From contig OY762428.1 of NCBI GenBank assembly GCA_963665665.1, positions 1,024,001 to 1,088,000 on the forward strand: a DNA stretch of 64,000 bases. The letters are read 5' to 3'. Position 1 is the stretch's first letter; each line of letters starts with the position of its first letter. Below the pieces are notes generated by a model. That model had not been told where the DNA came from and did not search any database. It saw nothing but the letters and a program-made list of their open reading frames with translations. The stretch comes from Candidatus Kapaibacterium sp. (GTDB lineage: Bacteria > Bacteroidota > Ignavibacteria > Kapaibacteriales > UBA2268). This document shows positions 51,600-62,704 of the stretch, one piece after another. A program made the translations under genes and the position numbers.

Positions 51600-52715
51600 A
51601 TGAGGGAATTTTCGTATATATTTGTCTTTCTTGTTATTCTGTATTCCTGTGATAATTCCTCCGGAAATAATATTGACAAGTTTTCAGACCTTGAAATTCA
51701 GGTTATCAGTTATGCCGATTCCCTGATTGAAACCAACAATATACCCGGAATATATATATCCTATTCCGAATCAGGCGATAGAAAATGGAGCTGCAGAAGA
51801 GGCAAGGCGAATATATCAGGCAACGCAGCTATTGATCCTGATAACTACTTCAGAATTGGTTCTATTACTAAAACATTCACTGCTTCATTGATCTGGATGC
51901 TGATTGAAGAAGGCAGGATAAGCCCTGACGACTGTCTCCCGGATTTTCAACTTGATAATATAGATACAAACCGGATACTTCATTCAAAATTCATCACCGT
52001 CAGGCAATTGCTGAACATGACAAGCGGCCTGTACAATTATTCAGAAAACGAGGAAATTCAAACCTTGTTTAATCATCCGGAAAAGAGCTATACTCCGCAG
52101 GAATTAATACAAATGGCTTATGATAAAAGCCCGACAGATTTTCCAGGGCAGTCTTATTATTACAATAATACATCCTATGTTCTGCTGGGTTTAATAATTG
52201 AAAAGATAACCGGGAAAAAGATAGAAGATTATCAGAAAGAAAAAATCCTTGCCCCCTATTCACTGAATAATACATTCTATCCTGAAAGCTCTGAACTGCC
52301 CGAACCATTTACATGCGGATATATTCATTATAATGGTAAAAATATTGATTTTACGGTTCAGTATCCCAGTTGGGCATGGTCTGCCGGAGCAATGGTCTCA
52401 ACCTTATCTGATATGGAAAAATGGAGCCTGATCCTTGCCGGTGGAAAGTTCCTTCAGCAGGAAACCATCAAGGAAAGAAATAAGTGGATTGAAGCTATTC
52501 ACGGGATTGATACGGTTTATTACGGCGGGGGTATTTTCAAATTTATGGACTATTACGGCCATTCGGGGGATATTCCCGGCTATATGAGTATAATCATGAG
52601 TAATCCCGACAATAAAAGAACGATAGTTATATCAATGAATAATAACAATGCAAGTATTATCACTGTATTTAAAAATGTACTAACCCTGATCGAAAGGCAT
52701 TACAATGAAAATTAA
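51600..52715 (+). CDS. Serine hydrolase (beta-lactamase/D-Ala-D-Ala carboxypeptidase family) lipoprotein
   Basis: Lipobox LYSC, FRIGSITK (SxxK), YNN, GHSG. Confidence 0.88.
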   Translation: MREFSYIFVFLVILYSCDNSSGNNIDKFSDLEIQVISYADSLIETNNIPGIYISYSESGDRKWSCRRGKANISGNAAIDPDNYFRIGSITKTFTASLIWMLIEEGRISPDDCLPDFQLDNIDTNRILHSKFITVRQLLNMTSGLYNYSENEEIQTLFNHPEKSYTPQELIQMAYDKSPTDFPGQSYYYNNTSYVLLGLIIEKITGKKIEDYQKEKILAPYSLNNTFYPESSELPEPFTCGYIHYNGKNIDFTVQYPSWAWSAGAMVSTLSDMEKWSLILAGGKFLQQETIKERNKWIEAIHGIDTVYYGGGIFKFMDYYGHSGDIPGYMSIIMSNPDNKRTIVISMNNNNASIITVFKNVLTLIERHYNEN

Positions 52716-53847
52716 ATATTTTCTGATTTTGGTGATTTTATTAATTAGCAGCTGCAGCGACGACGATAGTTCAGATAAAAATGTATTTACTGAAGAAACT
52801 CAGGAAAAGATAAAATTCATTGTCGACTCCATAGTTGCCGAAAAAGATATCCCAGGAGCCATAATGGCTGTATGGTATGGCGATAAGGGAAGCATGATAT
52901 ATACTACCGGATACTCCGACCTGGAAAACGAAACGCCAATGGAATCAGGATTGAAATTCAGAATTGGAAGCGTAACGAAAACATTCACGGCATCGGTTGT
53001 TTTTCAATTGGTTGAGGAAGGCAAACTCTCGCTTGATGATAAACTGAACAGCTTCCAACTTGATAATATCGAGATGGATTCTATTCCATATTCCAATATT
53101 ATTACTATCGACCAACTGCTGAAAATGACGAGCGGCCTGTATGATTATGCGGATTCGTCCCAGATGTATATTCTTGCAACCGAACCAACGAGACACTGGA
53201 CTGAATCAGAACTAATCCAATATATCTATGGAAAAGAGCCTTATGCCCTGCCCGGTGTGATGTACCACTATACAAATACTGCTTACGACCTGCTCGGGCT
53301 TATTGTTGAAAAGATCACCGGTAATACAATAAAGGAAGAAATTGAAAGTAGGTTTATCTCGAAATTAAATCTGCAAAATACGAGTTTCCCTGATCCGAAT
53401 GACGCATATCTTCTTGAACCCCATGCCGAAGGGTATTATTACTTCCCGGAGGAAAGCAGGCAAATTAACTTCACGGTGCAGGATGTTGGCTGGGCAGGAG
53501 CTGCCGGAGCAATGATATCCAATATCAACGACCTTAGAATTTGGGTTAAGGCGCTTAACGACTGCAGCCTTATTTCAAAGGAGATGACAGATAAACGCTA
53601 TGACTGGCGAACAATGGATACTGATTATGCATTCTATGGCGGCGGATTGATGAAAGTTCTCGGATTTGTAGGCCACTCCGGTGGTATTCCCGGTTTCACA
53701 AATATCACTATGAGAAATGAAAGCGCCGACCTTACAATTATTGTAATGACAAACTATTATGATATCAGGCCGGAACGCATTGGCGGGCCAGAGCATACAT
53801 TCATGAGAATTGTTGAAACAATTGCTCCTGAACTTATTAACAAATAA
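52705..53847 (+). CDS. Serine hydrolase (beta-lactamase family) lipoprotein, tandem paralog
   Basis: Lipobox ISSC, FRIGSVTK, YTN, GHSGG. Confidence 0.88.
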   Translation: MKIKYFLILVILLISSCSDDDSSDKNVFTEETQEKIKFIVDSIVAEKDIPGAIMAVWYGDKGSMIYTTGYSDLENETPMESGLKFRIGSVTKTFTASVVFQLVEEGKLSLDDKLNSFQLDNIEMDSIPYSNIITIDQLLKMTSGLYDYADSSQMYILATEPTRHWTESELIQYIYGKEPYALPGVMYHYTNTAYDLLGLIVEKITGNTIKEEIESRFISKLNLQNTSFPDPNDAYLLEPHAEGYYYFPEESRQINFTVQDVGWAGAAGAMISNINDLRIWVKALNDCSLISKEMTDKRYDWRTMDTDYAFYGGGLMKVLGFVGHSGGIPGFTNITMRNESADLTIIVMTNYYDIRPERIGGPEHTFMRIVETIAPELINK

Positions 53848-54095
53848 TTTGTATTATAATACTGTACAAATCTCAATTTTTCGATTAAATTAATTCATTC
53901 TAAGGTTCGGTATAATTTGATTATTTTGATATTTAATCAATGAAATTATACCGGAAATTTTATATGGCAAGGCCTTTAATTGTATAGTCAATCCCAAGCG
54001 AAACCTGGGATTGATTTCATTTGTATTAGAATAGTCAAACACTGCGATTTGAAAAAATTATTTGATTCAGGATTTCTGAAATTGCATATATTCTT

Positions 54096-55544
54096 TTAAA
54101 AATCCGGTCCCTGATCGTCATCATTCGACCTAAGCCCCGGGGGTTCTTCATATTGAAGCGTAAGATTTTCGAAACGGGCAAAATCTTTCAGGTATGCCAG
54201 GCGAACAACACCCGTAGGGCCGTTTCTTTGCTTACCGATAATTATCTCGGCTGTGTTTTCAGTAGGTGTTTTATCATCATAGGTCATAATTCCGTAATAT
54301 TCAGGCCTGTTCACGAACATAACAACATCAGCATCCTGCTCGATAGACCCTGATTCCCTGAGGTCCGAAAGCATGGGGCGCTTGTCCGAACGGCTTTCAA
54401 CTGTACGATTAAGCTGTGCCAGTGCAACTACCGGTATATTCAGCTCTTTAGCAATCTGCTTAAGGGTCCGGGATATTATCGATATTTCACGTTCACGACT
54501 TTCAGCTTTTGGCGGTGACATTATCTGAAGGTAATCCACAAGGATCATCTGTATATTGTGTTCTTTCATCAATCGGCGGGCTTTGGCCCTGAGTTCCATA
54601 ACCGAAAGCGAGGGAGTGTCATCAATAATCAGAGGTGCTTTGGCCAGCATACCCATCGATTTAACAATTTTATCCATTTCCGGCTGAGTTATCTGCCCGT
54701 TTCTGATTTTTTGCTGGTTAATTTTTGCTTCAGCGCTGATAAGGCGCACAACCAGCTGAACGGCGGCCATTTCAATTGAAAAAAATGCTATCGGGCGATT
54801 ATATTCCTTAGCAGTATTTCGTGCAACAGACAGAGCAAAAGCAGTTTTTCCCATCGAAGGCCTTCCGGCAATAATTATTAAGTCGGAATTCTGAAAACCA
54901 CCAAGCTTATCATCTATTTCATTGTATCCTGTGGGAACACCGGTTGTAACCCCTTTTTTTCTTTCGCGGGCTTTGCCGATAGCTTCGATAGCATCATGAG
55001 CAAGTTTGCTGATTGGCATATAGGATTTATGAATCCTTTTCTCTGCAATAGTGAATATCTTGTTTTCAGCTGTATCAACTTCTTCAAGAGCATCGCTAGT
55101 GTCATCGTATGCACTTTCAATAATTTCAGAAGCTGTAGTTATCATCAGGCGCTTCAGGTATTTCTCCTGAACGATATGAGCAAAATAATCAATATTGGCG
55201 GCTGTTGGTACTTTAGAGCTAATATCAGACAAGTAAAGCGAGCCCCCGGCCTTTTCAAGCAAACCTGTTTTATGTAATTCCTCAGCCACAACCATCAGGT
55301 TCGGTGTTGATCCTTTTTCGGCAATATCTATTGCCGCCTTAAATATCAGCTGGTGCGATTCATTGTAAAAAGCCTCCGGCTGAAGAAGCTCCTGAGCTTT
55401 GGTAACAGCTATCCTGTCAAGCATCATCGAGCCAAGTACATTAATTTCTGCATCAATGGAATGAGGTGGTATCCTGCCTCCCGGATATATATTTTTGGAT
55501 ATATTAGCACCGTTCTTCATATTTCTATTGTAATTTTCTGTCAT
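54096..55544 (-). CDS. dnaB: Replicative DNA helicase
   Basis: PPHSIDAE, AGRPSMGKT, FSIEM, VDYLQ, LAQLNR, DLRESGSIEQDAD, KQRNGPTG. No intein. Start approximate. Confidence 0.97.
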   Translation of the reverse strand: MTENYNRNMKNGANISKNIYPGGRIPPHSIDAEINVLGSMMLDRIAVTKAQELLQPEAFYNESHQLIFKAAIDIAEKGSTPNLMVVAEELHKTGLLEKAGGSLYLSDISSKVPTAANIDYFAHIVQEKYLKRLMITTASEIIESAYDDTSDALEEVDTAENKIFTIAEKRIHKSYMPISKLAHDAIEAIGKARERKKGVTTGVPTGYNEIDDKLGGFQNSDLIIIAGRPSMGKTAFALSVARNTAKEYNRPIAFFSIEMAAVQLVVRLISAEAKINQQKIRNGQITQPEMDKIVKSMGMLAKAPLIIDDTPSLSVMELRAKARRLMKEHNIQMILVDYLQIMSPPKAESREREISIISRTLKQIAKELNIPVVALAQLNRTVESRSDKRPMLSDLRESGSIEQDADVVMFVNRPEYYGIMTYDDKTPTENTAEIIIGKQRNGPTGVVRLAYLKDFARFENLTLQYEEPPGLRSNDDDQGPDF

Positions 55545-55790
55545 AATATCAATCAATTTTTCAATTATTAGAATTGTATTTATCACCATTGTAAAATTGC
55601 AGAAATAATTTATGCCATTTTCAACATTTACTACACATACAGTAAAAAAAATGTGGAAAATTTTGTTGAAATCTATTAAAAAACTTGATTTATTAAATTT
55701 TTATGCTAATATTGTGTCTGAATTAATATAATTTTAATATATTTGTTTGGGAAATATGGTGGATGGATTTTTCAGTTTCATGGAGAATGG

Positions 55791-56903
55791 ATGAAAAAGG
55801 TTTTAGTAATTGATGACGCGGATTTTATACTTGAAAGTACATCTACGCTTTTACAATTCGAAGGTTATGACGTTTTCACGGCAGAAGATGGATTAAAGGG
55901 CGTATCGGCGGTTGAAGAACATAAGCCGGATTTAATTTTGTGCGATATATCTATGCCCGGGCTTGACGGCTATGGAGTTTTAGAGAAAATCAGGTCAACA
56001 TCGGAATTTGCAACTACACCGTTTATTTTTCTTACAGCTTTTACAGAAAAATCAAATATGCGTCAGGGCATGGAAAAAGGTGCTGATGACTTCCTCGTAA
56101 AGCCTTTTACAAGGGACGAGTTGATTGCTGCTATCAATGCTCAGTGGAAAAGGCATTCCCTGATAGCACAGCAGGTACAGGAAAAAGTGGAAGAAGTGGG
56201 AAGGAATGTTACTTACGCATTACCTCATGAATTCAGGACTGTTCTGAACCAAGTGGTCGGGTCTGCTAAATATCTTAGCAACAACTCCGACAATGTTTCA
56301 CCGGATGAAATTCTTGAATTGTCCGATGATATTATGTCATCATCTCAGAGACTGCTGAAAATTACAGAAAACTTCCTGATTTACACAAGGATAGAATCAT
56401 TTGTAGCCAATCCGGAAAAACGTCGTCAGTTAAGAACATACAGAACCGATGAACCTTCTGCTATGATTACTGATATTGTTTACCTGCTTGCTGATAATTA
56501 CCAGAGAACCGATGACCTCAGCGTTGGTGAAACTGTAAATCAGATTGCACTCGAAATATCAACCGAGTCAATTCATAAAATTGTACACGAACTTATTGAT
56601 AATGCATTCAGGTTTTCTGAAATCGGTGCTAAGATCAAGCTTGATATGAAAGCCAGGGATAATTTCCTTTATATATCAATATCAGATGAAGGCAGGGGAA
56701 TGTCCAAGGATCAGATTAATAAAGTAGGAGCTTACATTCAGTTCGAAAGAACAATTTACGAACAGCAGGGTGTCGGGCTCGGGCTTGTAATTGCTAAGCG
56801 CCTGGTAGAACTTCATGACGGTATTTTCCAGATTGAAAGCGAAGAAGGAATTGGAACAACAATTACTTTTTCACTTCCTTATGTTGAAAGGCATTACGAT
56901 TAG
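55791..56903 (+). CDS. Cytoplasmic hybrid response regulator-histidine kinase (paralog of 23132-24226)
   Basis: VLVIDD...DISMP...KPF; HEFRTVL; DNAFRFS, DEGRGM, YEQQGVGLGL. Confidence 0.9.
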   Translation: MKKVLVIDDADFILESTSTLLQFEGYDVFTAEDGLKGVSAVEEHKPDLILCDISMPGLDGYGVLEKIRSTSEFATTPFIFLTAFTEKSNMRQGMEKGADDFLVKPFTRDELIAAINAQWKRHSLIAQQVQEKVEEVGRNVTYALPHEFRTVLNQVVGSAKYLSNNSDNVSPDEILELSDDIMSSSQRLLKITENFLIYTRIESFVANPEKRRQLRTYRTDEPSAMITDIVYLLADNYQRTDDLSVGETVNQIALEISTESIHKIVHELIDNAFRFSEIGAKIKLDMKARDNFLYISISDEGRGMSKDQINKVGAYIQFERTIYEQQGVGLGLVIAKRLVELHDGIFQIESEEGIGTTITFSLPYVERHYD

Positions 56904-56914
56904 TTCTGATTAAA

Positions 56915-57643
56915 TCAGAATTTGATTGAAAAATTTACTATTGGCAGGCTGACAGGTTCAGCCTGCTTTTTTAATGATTGCAGTTCATCTTCCTCATTAA
57001 GGTATAGAACCAGAAGTCCTGAAGCAGTTCCCATAACTGCCCCGAGAAAGGTATCGGAAAGCCAGTGCTTATCGTAATAAATCCTCGACATCATAGTCAT
57101 ACCTGCTAATGTATAGGATATGATATATGCGGGGGTTTTATTTATCTGGTGAGAAATGATCGTTGCCATTGAAAATGCAAGCCCGGAATGGCCTGACGGA
57201 AAAGATAAGTGTGAATCATCAAACTGAAAAAAATTGAATTTCATGTTGCCTTCATTCAAATAGGGCCTGCTTCTTCCGAAAATTGACTTGACGGCTGATA
57301 TGCTAAGAGTAGTAACAAGTGTTGATTCAATAAGATAAAGTCCGGTTTTCCGGATTTTATCATCCCTTGCAGCAGCCCCTCCGATATATAGCACACCGGC
57401 AAGTCCTAGATTATTATGTATTTCTCCAAGTTGATTTGTTGCCAGGAAAATTCTGTCTCCCCATTTGCCCTTGTTAGCCTGGAAATAGTCCCGAACTGGT
57501 TCATCAGCCAGGAACAATAAGGGAGCGGCAATTCCTGCGGAAATGCTGCTTCCTGCCTTAATATCGAAATCAGAGCAAATCAGCTTGCTAATATTCAGGG
57601 TAAAGATAATTAGAAGAAGTGTTAACTTTTTCATTTGTTCCAT
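56915..57643 (-). CDS. PAP2 family phosphatase
   Basis: KSIFGRSRP, SFPSGHS, SRIYYDKHWLSD. Start approximate. Confidence 0.9.
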   Translation of the reverse strand: MEQMKKLTLLLIIFTLNISKLICSDFDIKAGSSISAGIAAPLLFLADEPVRDYFQANKGKWGDRIFLATNQLGEIHNNLGLAGVLYIGGAAARDDKIRKTGLYLIESTLVTTLSISAVKSIFGRSRPYLNEGNMKFNFFQFDDSHLSFPSGHSGLAFSMATIISHQINKTPAYIISYTLAGMTMMSRIYYDKHWLSDTFLGAVMGTASGLLVLYLNEEDELQSLKKQAEPVSLPIVNFSIKF

Positions 57644-57926
57644 ATTTATAAATCCGATAACATCACATTCAAAATTAAACGTTTTTAAAATAATATCATT
57701 GGAATATCTGACATCCGATCTGTAAAAAGGTTTATTTAATCGATTTTTTTGCAAATATATTTTTCAAAAATTATTATTATTATTCAATTTCCCGGATATT
57801 TATGAATATCTGTAAGGAATTCAAACCTGAAATTTTATACAATTTTCACATTTTCATCCTTGAATATTTATTATTAATTATTATATTATTCCACAGATAC
57901 ACTTGTGTAATTATTCCCGGTGAAAA

Positions 57927-60900
57927 ATGTCTGATTTTAAATCAATCCTAAACGGCCTTATTGTGAGATGGAATATTTCTACCTTGGATTCTTCTGAAAG
58001 AAATACTTTGGTAAGTGAAATTTTCAATGTAACATCAATTATTATTGATAAAAACAGCCTTTCGGAGATTCCTGATTCAATCTGGCATGAATGGCTGAAT
58101 ATTAGCGGGAATACATTTTTTTTGAGACATTTATCATCAATGAATCAGGAAAATCAATGGTCTGAACAGGCTTTTAAAATTATTGAGCATAGTAATTATA
58201 CATTGTTAAGGATGTTCAGACAAAGAGTTGAAAAATTTCAGGATAAAACACTTTTCAGGGATATGGGTGGAGACATCCCGGCCGAATGGTCTTATGGCGT
58301 CATTTTCCGAAAAGTAAAAGAAATTGCCGCTGTATTGCACAGGCTCAGGGAAAACGAAACTCCAAGAGTAGCAATTTTATGTGATAATTCAGTAAGCAGC
58401 GCCTGTGCCGACTTAGCCTGCCTCTGCTATGATATTCTTGATACTCCTCTCAGTACACACTTCGAACCGGAAGTAATTCAACACATTATTGAAACTTTAA
58501 AAGTAAATATTGTGATAACCGACAGCCGGGAAAGAGCCTTAAAACTTGCAAAAATCGAATCAAAATGCAATTCTGACTTTACAATTATAACTACAGTTAA
58601 TATTGCTGACTCGGAATTCATGCATTTAGACAGCCTCTGTGCCAAATTGGGCTCCGAGGAAATTGATGATATAATTGAATCAAGGAAAAGGTTCAGAATT
58701 GATGAGGTTGCTACTGTTATGTTCACTTCCGGGAGTACCGGCCTGCCCAAGGGAGTATCTTTTTCCGTATATAACCTGGTTACAAAACGTTTTGCAAGAA
58801 GTGCGGCATTACCATTTATTGGCGATAATGAGACTTTACTGTGCTTTCTGCCATTGTTTCATACTTTCGGACGATACCTTGAGATGTTGGGAACGATCTA
58901 TTGGGGAGGAACTTACGTCTTTGCCGGAAATCCTTCGGCTGATACTTTGCTTGCTCTTTTTCCACGCGTAAACCCATCAATTTTTATCAGTATACCTTTA
59001 AGATGGTTTCAGCTTCATGAAAAGTGCCTTTCTGAAATGGATAAATACAGCGACAGCAGGTATCATATTAAAGCTTTTCGTGCTGTTGTTGGTGAAAGGC
59101 TGCGCTGGGGACTTTCAGCTGCCGGTTATCTGGATCCGAAAGTATTCCGCTTTTTCCATAGAAATGGTGTGGAATTGTGTTCAGGTTTTGGTATGACGGA
59201 AGCAACAGGCGGCATTACCATGACTTCTCCCGGCGGATATGTTGAAGGTTCTGTCGGAAAAGCCTTACCGGGAGTTTATACAAAATTATCAGATAAAGGC
59301 GAGCTGCTGATCTCGGGGCATTATATCGCTTCATACCTGGAAAACGCCAGGCCCGGAGAAAGGATCGAGATACCTGAAGATAATTCCAAATGGCCTGACA
59401 TGCCCACGGGAGATATTTTTCGTGTAGACAGTAGCGGCCATTATGAAATAATTGACAGGCTGAAGGATATATATAAAAATATTAAAGGCCAGACAATAGC
59501 TCCCAAGAAGATAGAAAAGAAATTTGAATCCGTCCCGGGAATTAAAAATACTTTTCTTGTCGGTGACGGTAGAGCTTACAACAACCTGCTGATTGTTCCT
59601 GATAATATGGATCCGGTATTTGTAAATATGCCAGATGAAGAAAACAAGCTTGAATATTTTCATAATATTGTTACAAAAGCAAATGCCGACCTGCCATTTT
59701 ATGAAAGAGTTGTAAATTTTAAACTTTTAGAAAATGATTTTGATGCCGAAAAAGGTGAACTCACGCCTAAGGGATCATTTAATAGAAAAAATATTATTAA
59801 AAATTATTCTAAACTGATTGAAAATTTATACGCAAAAGATCATATTCATTTCTTTATTGATGGAATTAATCTTAAAGTACCATTGTGGTTCTTCAGGGAT
59901 ATTGGAATTCTCGAAGATGATATTCAGGTAATTAATGAAGGATTGATCAATAAAAGAAACAACCAGAAAATCAGAATTGAACAAACTGGTACAAATAGAT
60001 ATATAATTGGTGATTATGAGTATATTTCCAACGATTTAATAATTGATTTTGGCATTTTCTTCCGCCATCCATTTTTATGGGCAGGTAATACAGGCATAAT
60101 GAATTTCGGCAAATGCAAAGAAGGATGGGAAACGAACCTGAAAGGAATTCAAAAAGTAATATTGAGGCCCTATGGAATTCCATCAGGTGTACATCATGAC
60201 GAAGAAGAGCTTATCGGAATAAAATCAGTAAAAATACGCCAGTTACATCATTATTTCCGGGATTCACTTTTTGGTGAAAAATCTGAAGCACTCAATGCAA
60301 TTACTGAGCTCTCCGGATTTCTTGACGAGGGTGACCTAAGGATTTCAGGCCTTGTCCGTTCAAGGATGGAAGCTCTTGCAAGGCATCCCGAAGAAGATGT
60401 TCGCGCAAAAGCATACATGGCACTTTTAATGGCAAAACCCAATATGGATTACAGCAAGGCTTTCCCGGCGTTCCTGGAATCTGGAATGGCCTTTCTTACC
60501 AAGAAAACAATTTATGAACTTGCTGATTCGGATTTCGGTAAAAGAAGGCTTGAACAGCTTCGTCAAAGGCTTTTCAATTACAGAACACAACTAAAATGGC
60601 CAGCCAACGAAATCAGAAGGAAACAATTTAGCCAGATATTCCAGCTTCTTACTTCTTTTGTTTCGCGAAACGAAGAATATTATGCATCTGTCAGGGCTGA
60701 ACTTGCAAGCTGGATACTATTAAAGCATGACAAAGAACTATCAAAAATTGCCATTAAATTCTTCGACCTTCTTTCTGAAGAGTATGAAATGAATCTTCTT
60801 GAAAAGAAAAAATCATATCCGTTTAAATATTGGGAAGATAGAATAATTTTCGAGGACGGCCTTTCTGATTTTGAAATCAAAAATATAAAAAATGTTCTGG

Positions 60901-62549
60901 TGGATACAACTTTTCTTAAGCAATCAGTAATACTTGCATTTGAAGAAGAAGAATTTGAAATATCAGATGTACCGGAACGTGGGATATGGATAAGCAGAAT
61001 AATTGCCCTGCATCATTATATCCGCTATAGAATCTCCATAAATACTATCAGTGGCAAACATTTCGATCTCCAGCTTATCATTCAGGACAGTCTAGGTATG
61101 GATAATGTACCCGAGTTTGTATACTGGTACGCAGCCCTTGGCGGCTATCCTTTCAATCCCCAGGTACTCCCCAGGCTGGGATGTTGCCGTCCGGAACTGA
61201 AGGCCTTTTCTCTTGAATTTAATGGTAATCTTTCAGTATGGGAAAAAATAAGAGAATTTTCCAGCGCAAGGCTGCCAGGCAAGAATATGGAAGATATCAA
61301 ACAGTGGAAAAAACTGTTTATTGAATCGATTGCAGCTTTTTTCCGGGTTTGGATCTATAGTGGAAAACAGGTTGTTCCCGGAATTTCTCCGGGAAATGTT
61401 GTTATTTCAGAACTTGATTTCCGTCCGGGTGCATCAATTATGTCCATGACAGGATTGAAAAGATATATGAACACCATGTCAATAATAAAACCTGTAATTA
61501 ACAATTTTTATATGAAGACGTTCGCCCATTATCCATGGAGCGGAAAGTTTTTGAAAGCAGAATGGATTTTCGATGCCTGTATCGAGGCAATGGGAAGAAA
61601 AGATGCTTCTCATTTCTTTGAATTGCTAAAGCACGACCTTGACTATAAAGACATAAAGTGCATTAAAAATATTTCCCTTTCCCGGCATCTTAACAAGTAT
61701 ATCGAAAAATTCGAAAGATGCTGTTACAGGCCATTAGCATTGCAAAATGCTATCGACAGGTATAGATCCTGGCTGGAACTGAACCACGAAGCAACAACCC
61801 CGGCGAGGGAACAGAATATTATCGAAATAATTAAACTTTATGAACTCAACAATTATCCTGAAATTGTAAGGTATTTATTATATAAAGAAACATATTTTGT
61901 TGATTTTCCGATTCAGGTTCACCAGGCTTTTGATAACCTGATCTCCAAACTCGGTATTGACGAAAACTCACAGGCTGTAAGGCTGCTGGAACTTTCCGAA
62001 CTACAATCCATGATAAAGGACAAAAGAGACAGGGCTGTTTTCAGCAGGCTGGTATTCCCTAAAGTTAAAAATCCAATAAAAATGGAAGTTACCAATCTTG
62101 GCAGCAGAAAGGAAAACCGCCTGGTGGTAAGTTCCGAAATTATGGACAAACAGAAGAAAATATTTACTGTACGTGAACCTGTCAGCCCGGCTGAAGTAGG
62201 CCATGTATACAGGCTGTTCTATACTGAAAAATATCCAAAAACTGTTTCAAAATCAGATAATTTCTTTGTTGTTTTGGACGAACAGGACAGAATTGTAAGC
62301 GGAATCTGTTACAAATACATTGACGAGCAAACGGTACATATTGACGGAACGGTTGTTGTTTCTCAATTGAAAGGACGGGGAATAGGAACAGCATTAGTCG
62401 AGGATTTCTTCAACAGAATGCTTTCAAAAGGCATTGAAGCGGTAACTACTTATTTCTTCCTCAGAGCATTCTACAACCGCCTTGGTTTCAGGCTGGATAA
62501 AAAATGGGGAGCGCTGGTAAAATTTTTAGAAAAAGAAGAAGTTGAGTGA
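57927..62549 (+). CDS. Large fusion: long-chain acyl-CoA synthetase-like adenylation domain + central region + C-terminal GNAT
   Basis: TVMFTSGSTGLPKGV, FLPLFH, GFGMTE, TGDI, IIDRLKDIYK; C-terminal VVSQLKGRGIGTALV...AFYNRLGF. Confidence 0.85.
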   Translation: MSDFKSILNGLIVRWNISTLDSSERNTLVSEIFNVTSIIIDKNSLSEIPDSIWHEWLNISGNTFFLRHLSSMNQENQWSEQAFKIIEHSNYTLLRMFRQRVEKFQDKTLFRDMGGDIPAEWSYGVIFRKVKEIAAVLHRLRENETPRVAILCDNSVSSACADLACLCYDILDTPLSTHFEPEVIQHIIETLKVNIVITDSRERALKLAKIESKCNSDFTIITTVNIADSEFMHLDSLCAKLGSEEIDDIIESRKRFRIDEVATVMFTSGSTGLPKGVSFSVYNLVTKRFARSAALPFIGDNETLLCFLPLFHTFGRYLEMLGTIYWGGTYVFAGNPSADTLLALFPRVNPSIFISIPLRWFQLHEKCLSEMDKYSDSRYHIKAFRAVVGERLRWGLSAAGYLDPKVFRFFHRNGVELCSGFGMTEATGGITMTSPGGYVEGSVGKALPGVYTKLSDKGELLISGHYIASYLENARPGERIEIPEDNSKWPDMPTGDIFRVDSSGHYEIIDRLKDIYKNIKGQTIAPKKIEKKFESVPGIKNTFLVGDGRAYNNLLIVPDNMDPVFVNMPDEENKLEYFHNIVTKANADLPFYERVVNFKLLENDFDAEKGELTPKGSFNRKNIIKNYSKLIENLYAKDHIHFFIDGINLKVPLWFFRDIGILEDDIQVINEGLINKRNNQKIRIEQTGTNRYIIGDYEYISNDLIIDFGIFFRHPFLWAGNTGIMNFGKCKEGWETNLKGIQKVILRPYGIPSGVHHDEEELIGIKSVKIRQLHHYFRDSLFGEKSEALNAITELSGFLDEGDLRISGLVRSRMEALARHPEEDVRAKAYMALLMAKPNMDYSKAFPAFLESGMAFLTKKTIYELADSDFGKRRLEQLRQRLFNYRTQLKWPANEIRRKQFSQIFQLLTSFVSRNEEYYASVRAELASWILLKHDKELSKIAIKFFDLLSEEYEMNLLEKKKSYPFKYWEDRIIFEDGLSDFEIKNIKNVLVDTTFLKQSVILAFEEEEFEISDVPERGIWISRIIALHHYIRYRISINTISGKHFDLQLIIQDSLGMDNVPEFVYWYAALGGYPFNPQVLPRLGCCRPELKAFSLEFNGNLSVWEKIREFSSARLPGKNMEDIKQWKKLFIESIAAFFRVWIYSGKQVVPGISPGNVVISELDFRPGASIMSMTGLKRYMNTMSIIKPVINNFYMKTFAHYPWSGKFLKAEWIFDACIEAMGRKDASHFFELLKHDLDYKDIKCIKNISLSRHLNKYIEKFERCCYRPLALQNAIDRYRSWLELNHEATTPAREQNIIEIIKLYELNNYPEIVRYLLYKETYFVDFPIQVHQAFDNLISKLGIDENSQAVRLLELSELQSMIKDKRDRAVFSRLVFPKVKNPIKMEVTNLGSRKENRLVVSSEIMDKQKKIFTVREPVSPAEVGHVYRLFYTEKYPKTVSKSDNFFVVLDEQDRIVSGICYKYIDEQTVHIDGTVVVSQLKGRGIGTALVEDFFNRMLSKGIEAVTTYFFLRAFYNRLGFRLDKKWGALVKFLEKEEVE

Positions 62550-62704
62550 TTCATATATTTGATCAAAATATTTTGGATTAAAAGAAAAATTCTCAAATAG
62601 ATTCGCCCCGCCATATATATAAAACCAATGGGCACAAAACAGACAAAAAACCCGGAGACTCTTCATCTCCGGGCTGTCGCATCGTTAAATATTTTCCTTA
62701 TGCA

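Noticed and set aside
51600-53847. Beta-lactam resistance genes
   Set aside because: SxxK/YxN/HSG lipoproteins belong to the broad serine hydrolase family. Nothing specifically supports beta-lactamase activity.
54096-55589. Intein in DnaB
   Set aside because: Length and motif spacing are those of an uninterrupted DnaB.
55590-55790. Origin or DnaA regulation upstream of dnaB
   Set aside because: Only a single box-like TGTGGAAAA, which is expected by chance in AT-rich DNA.
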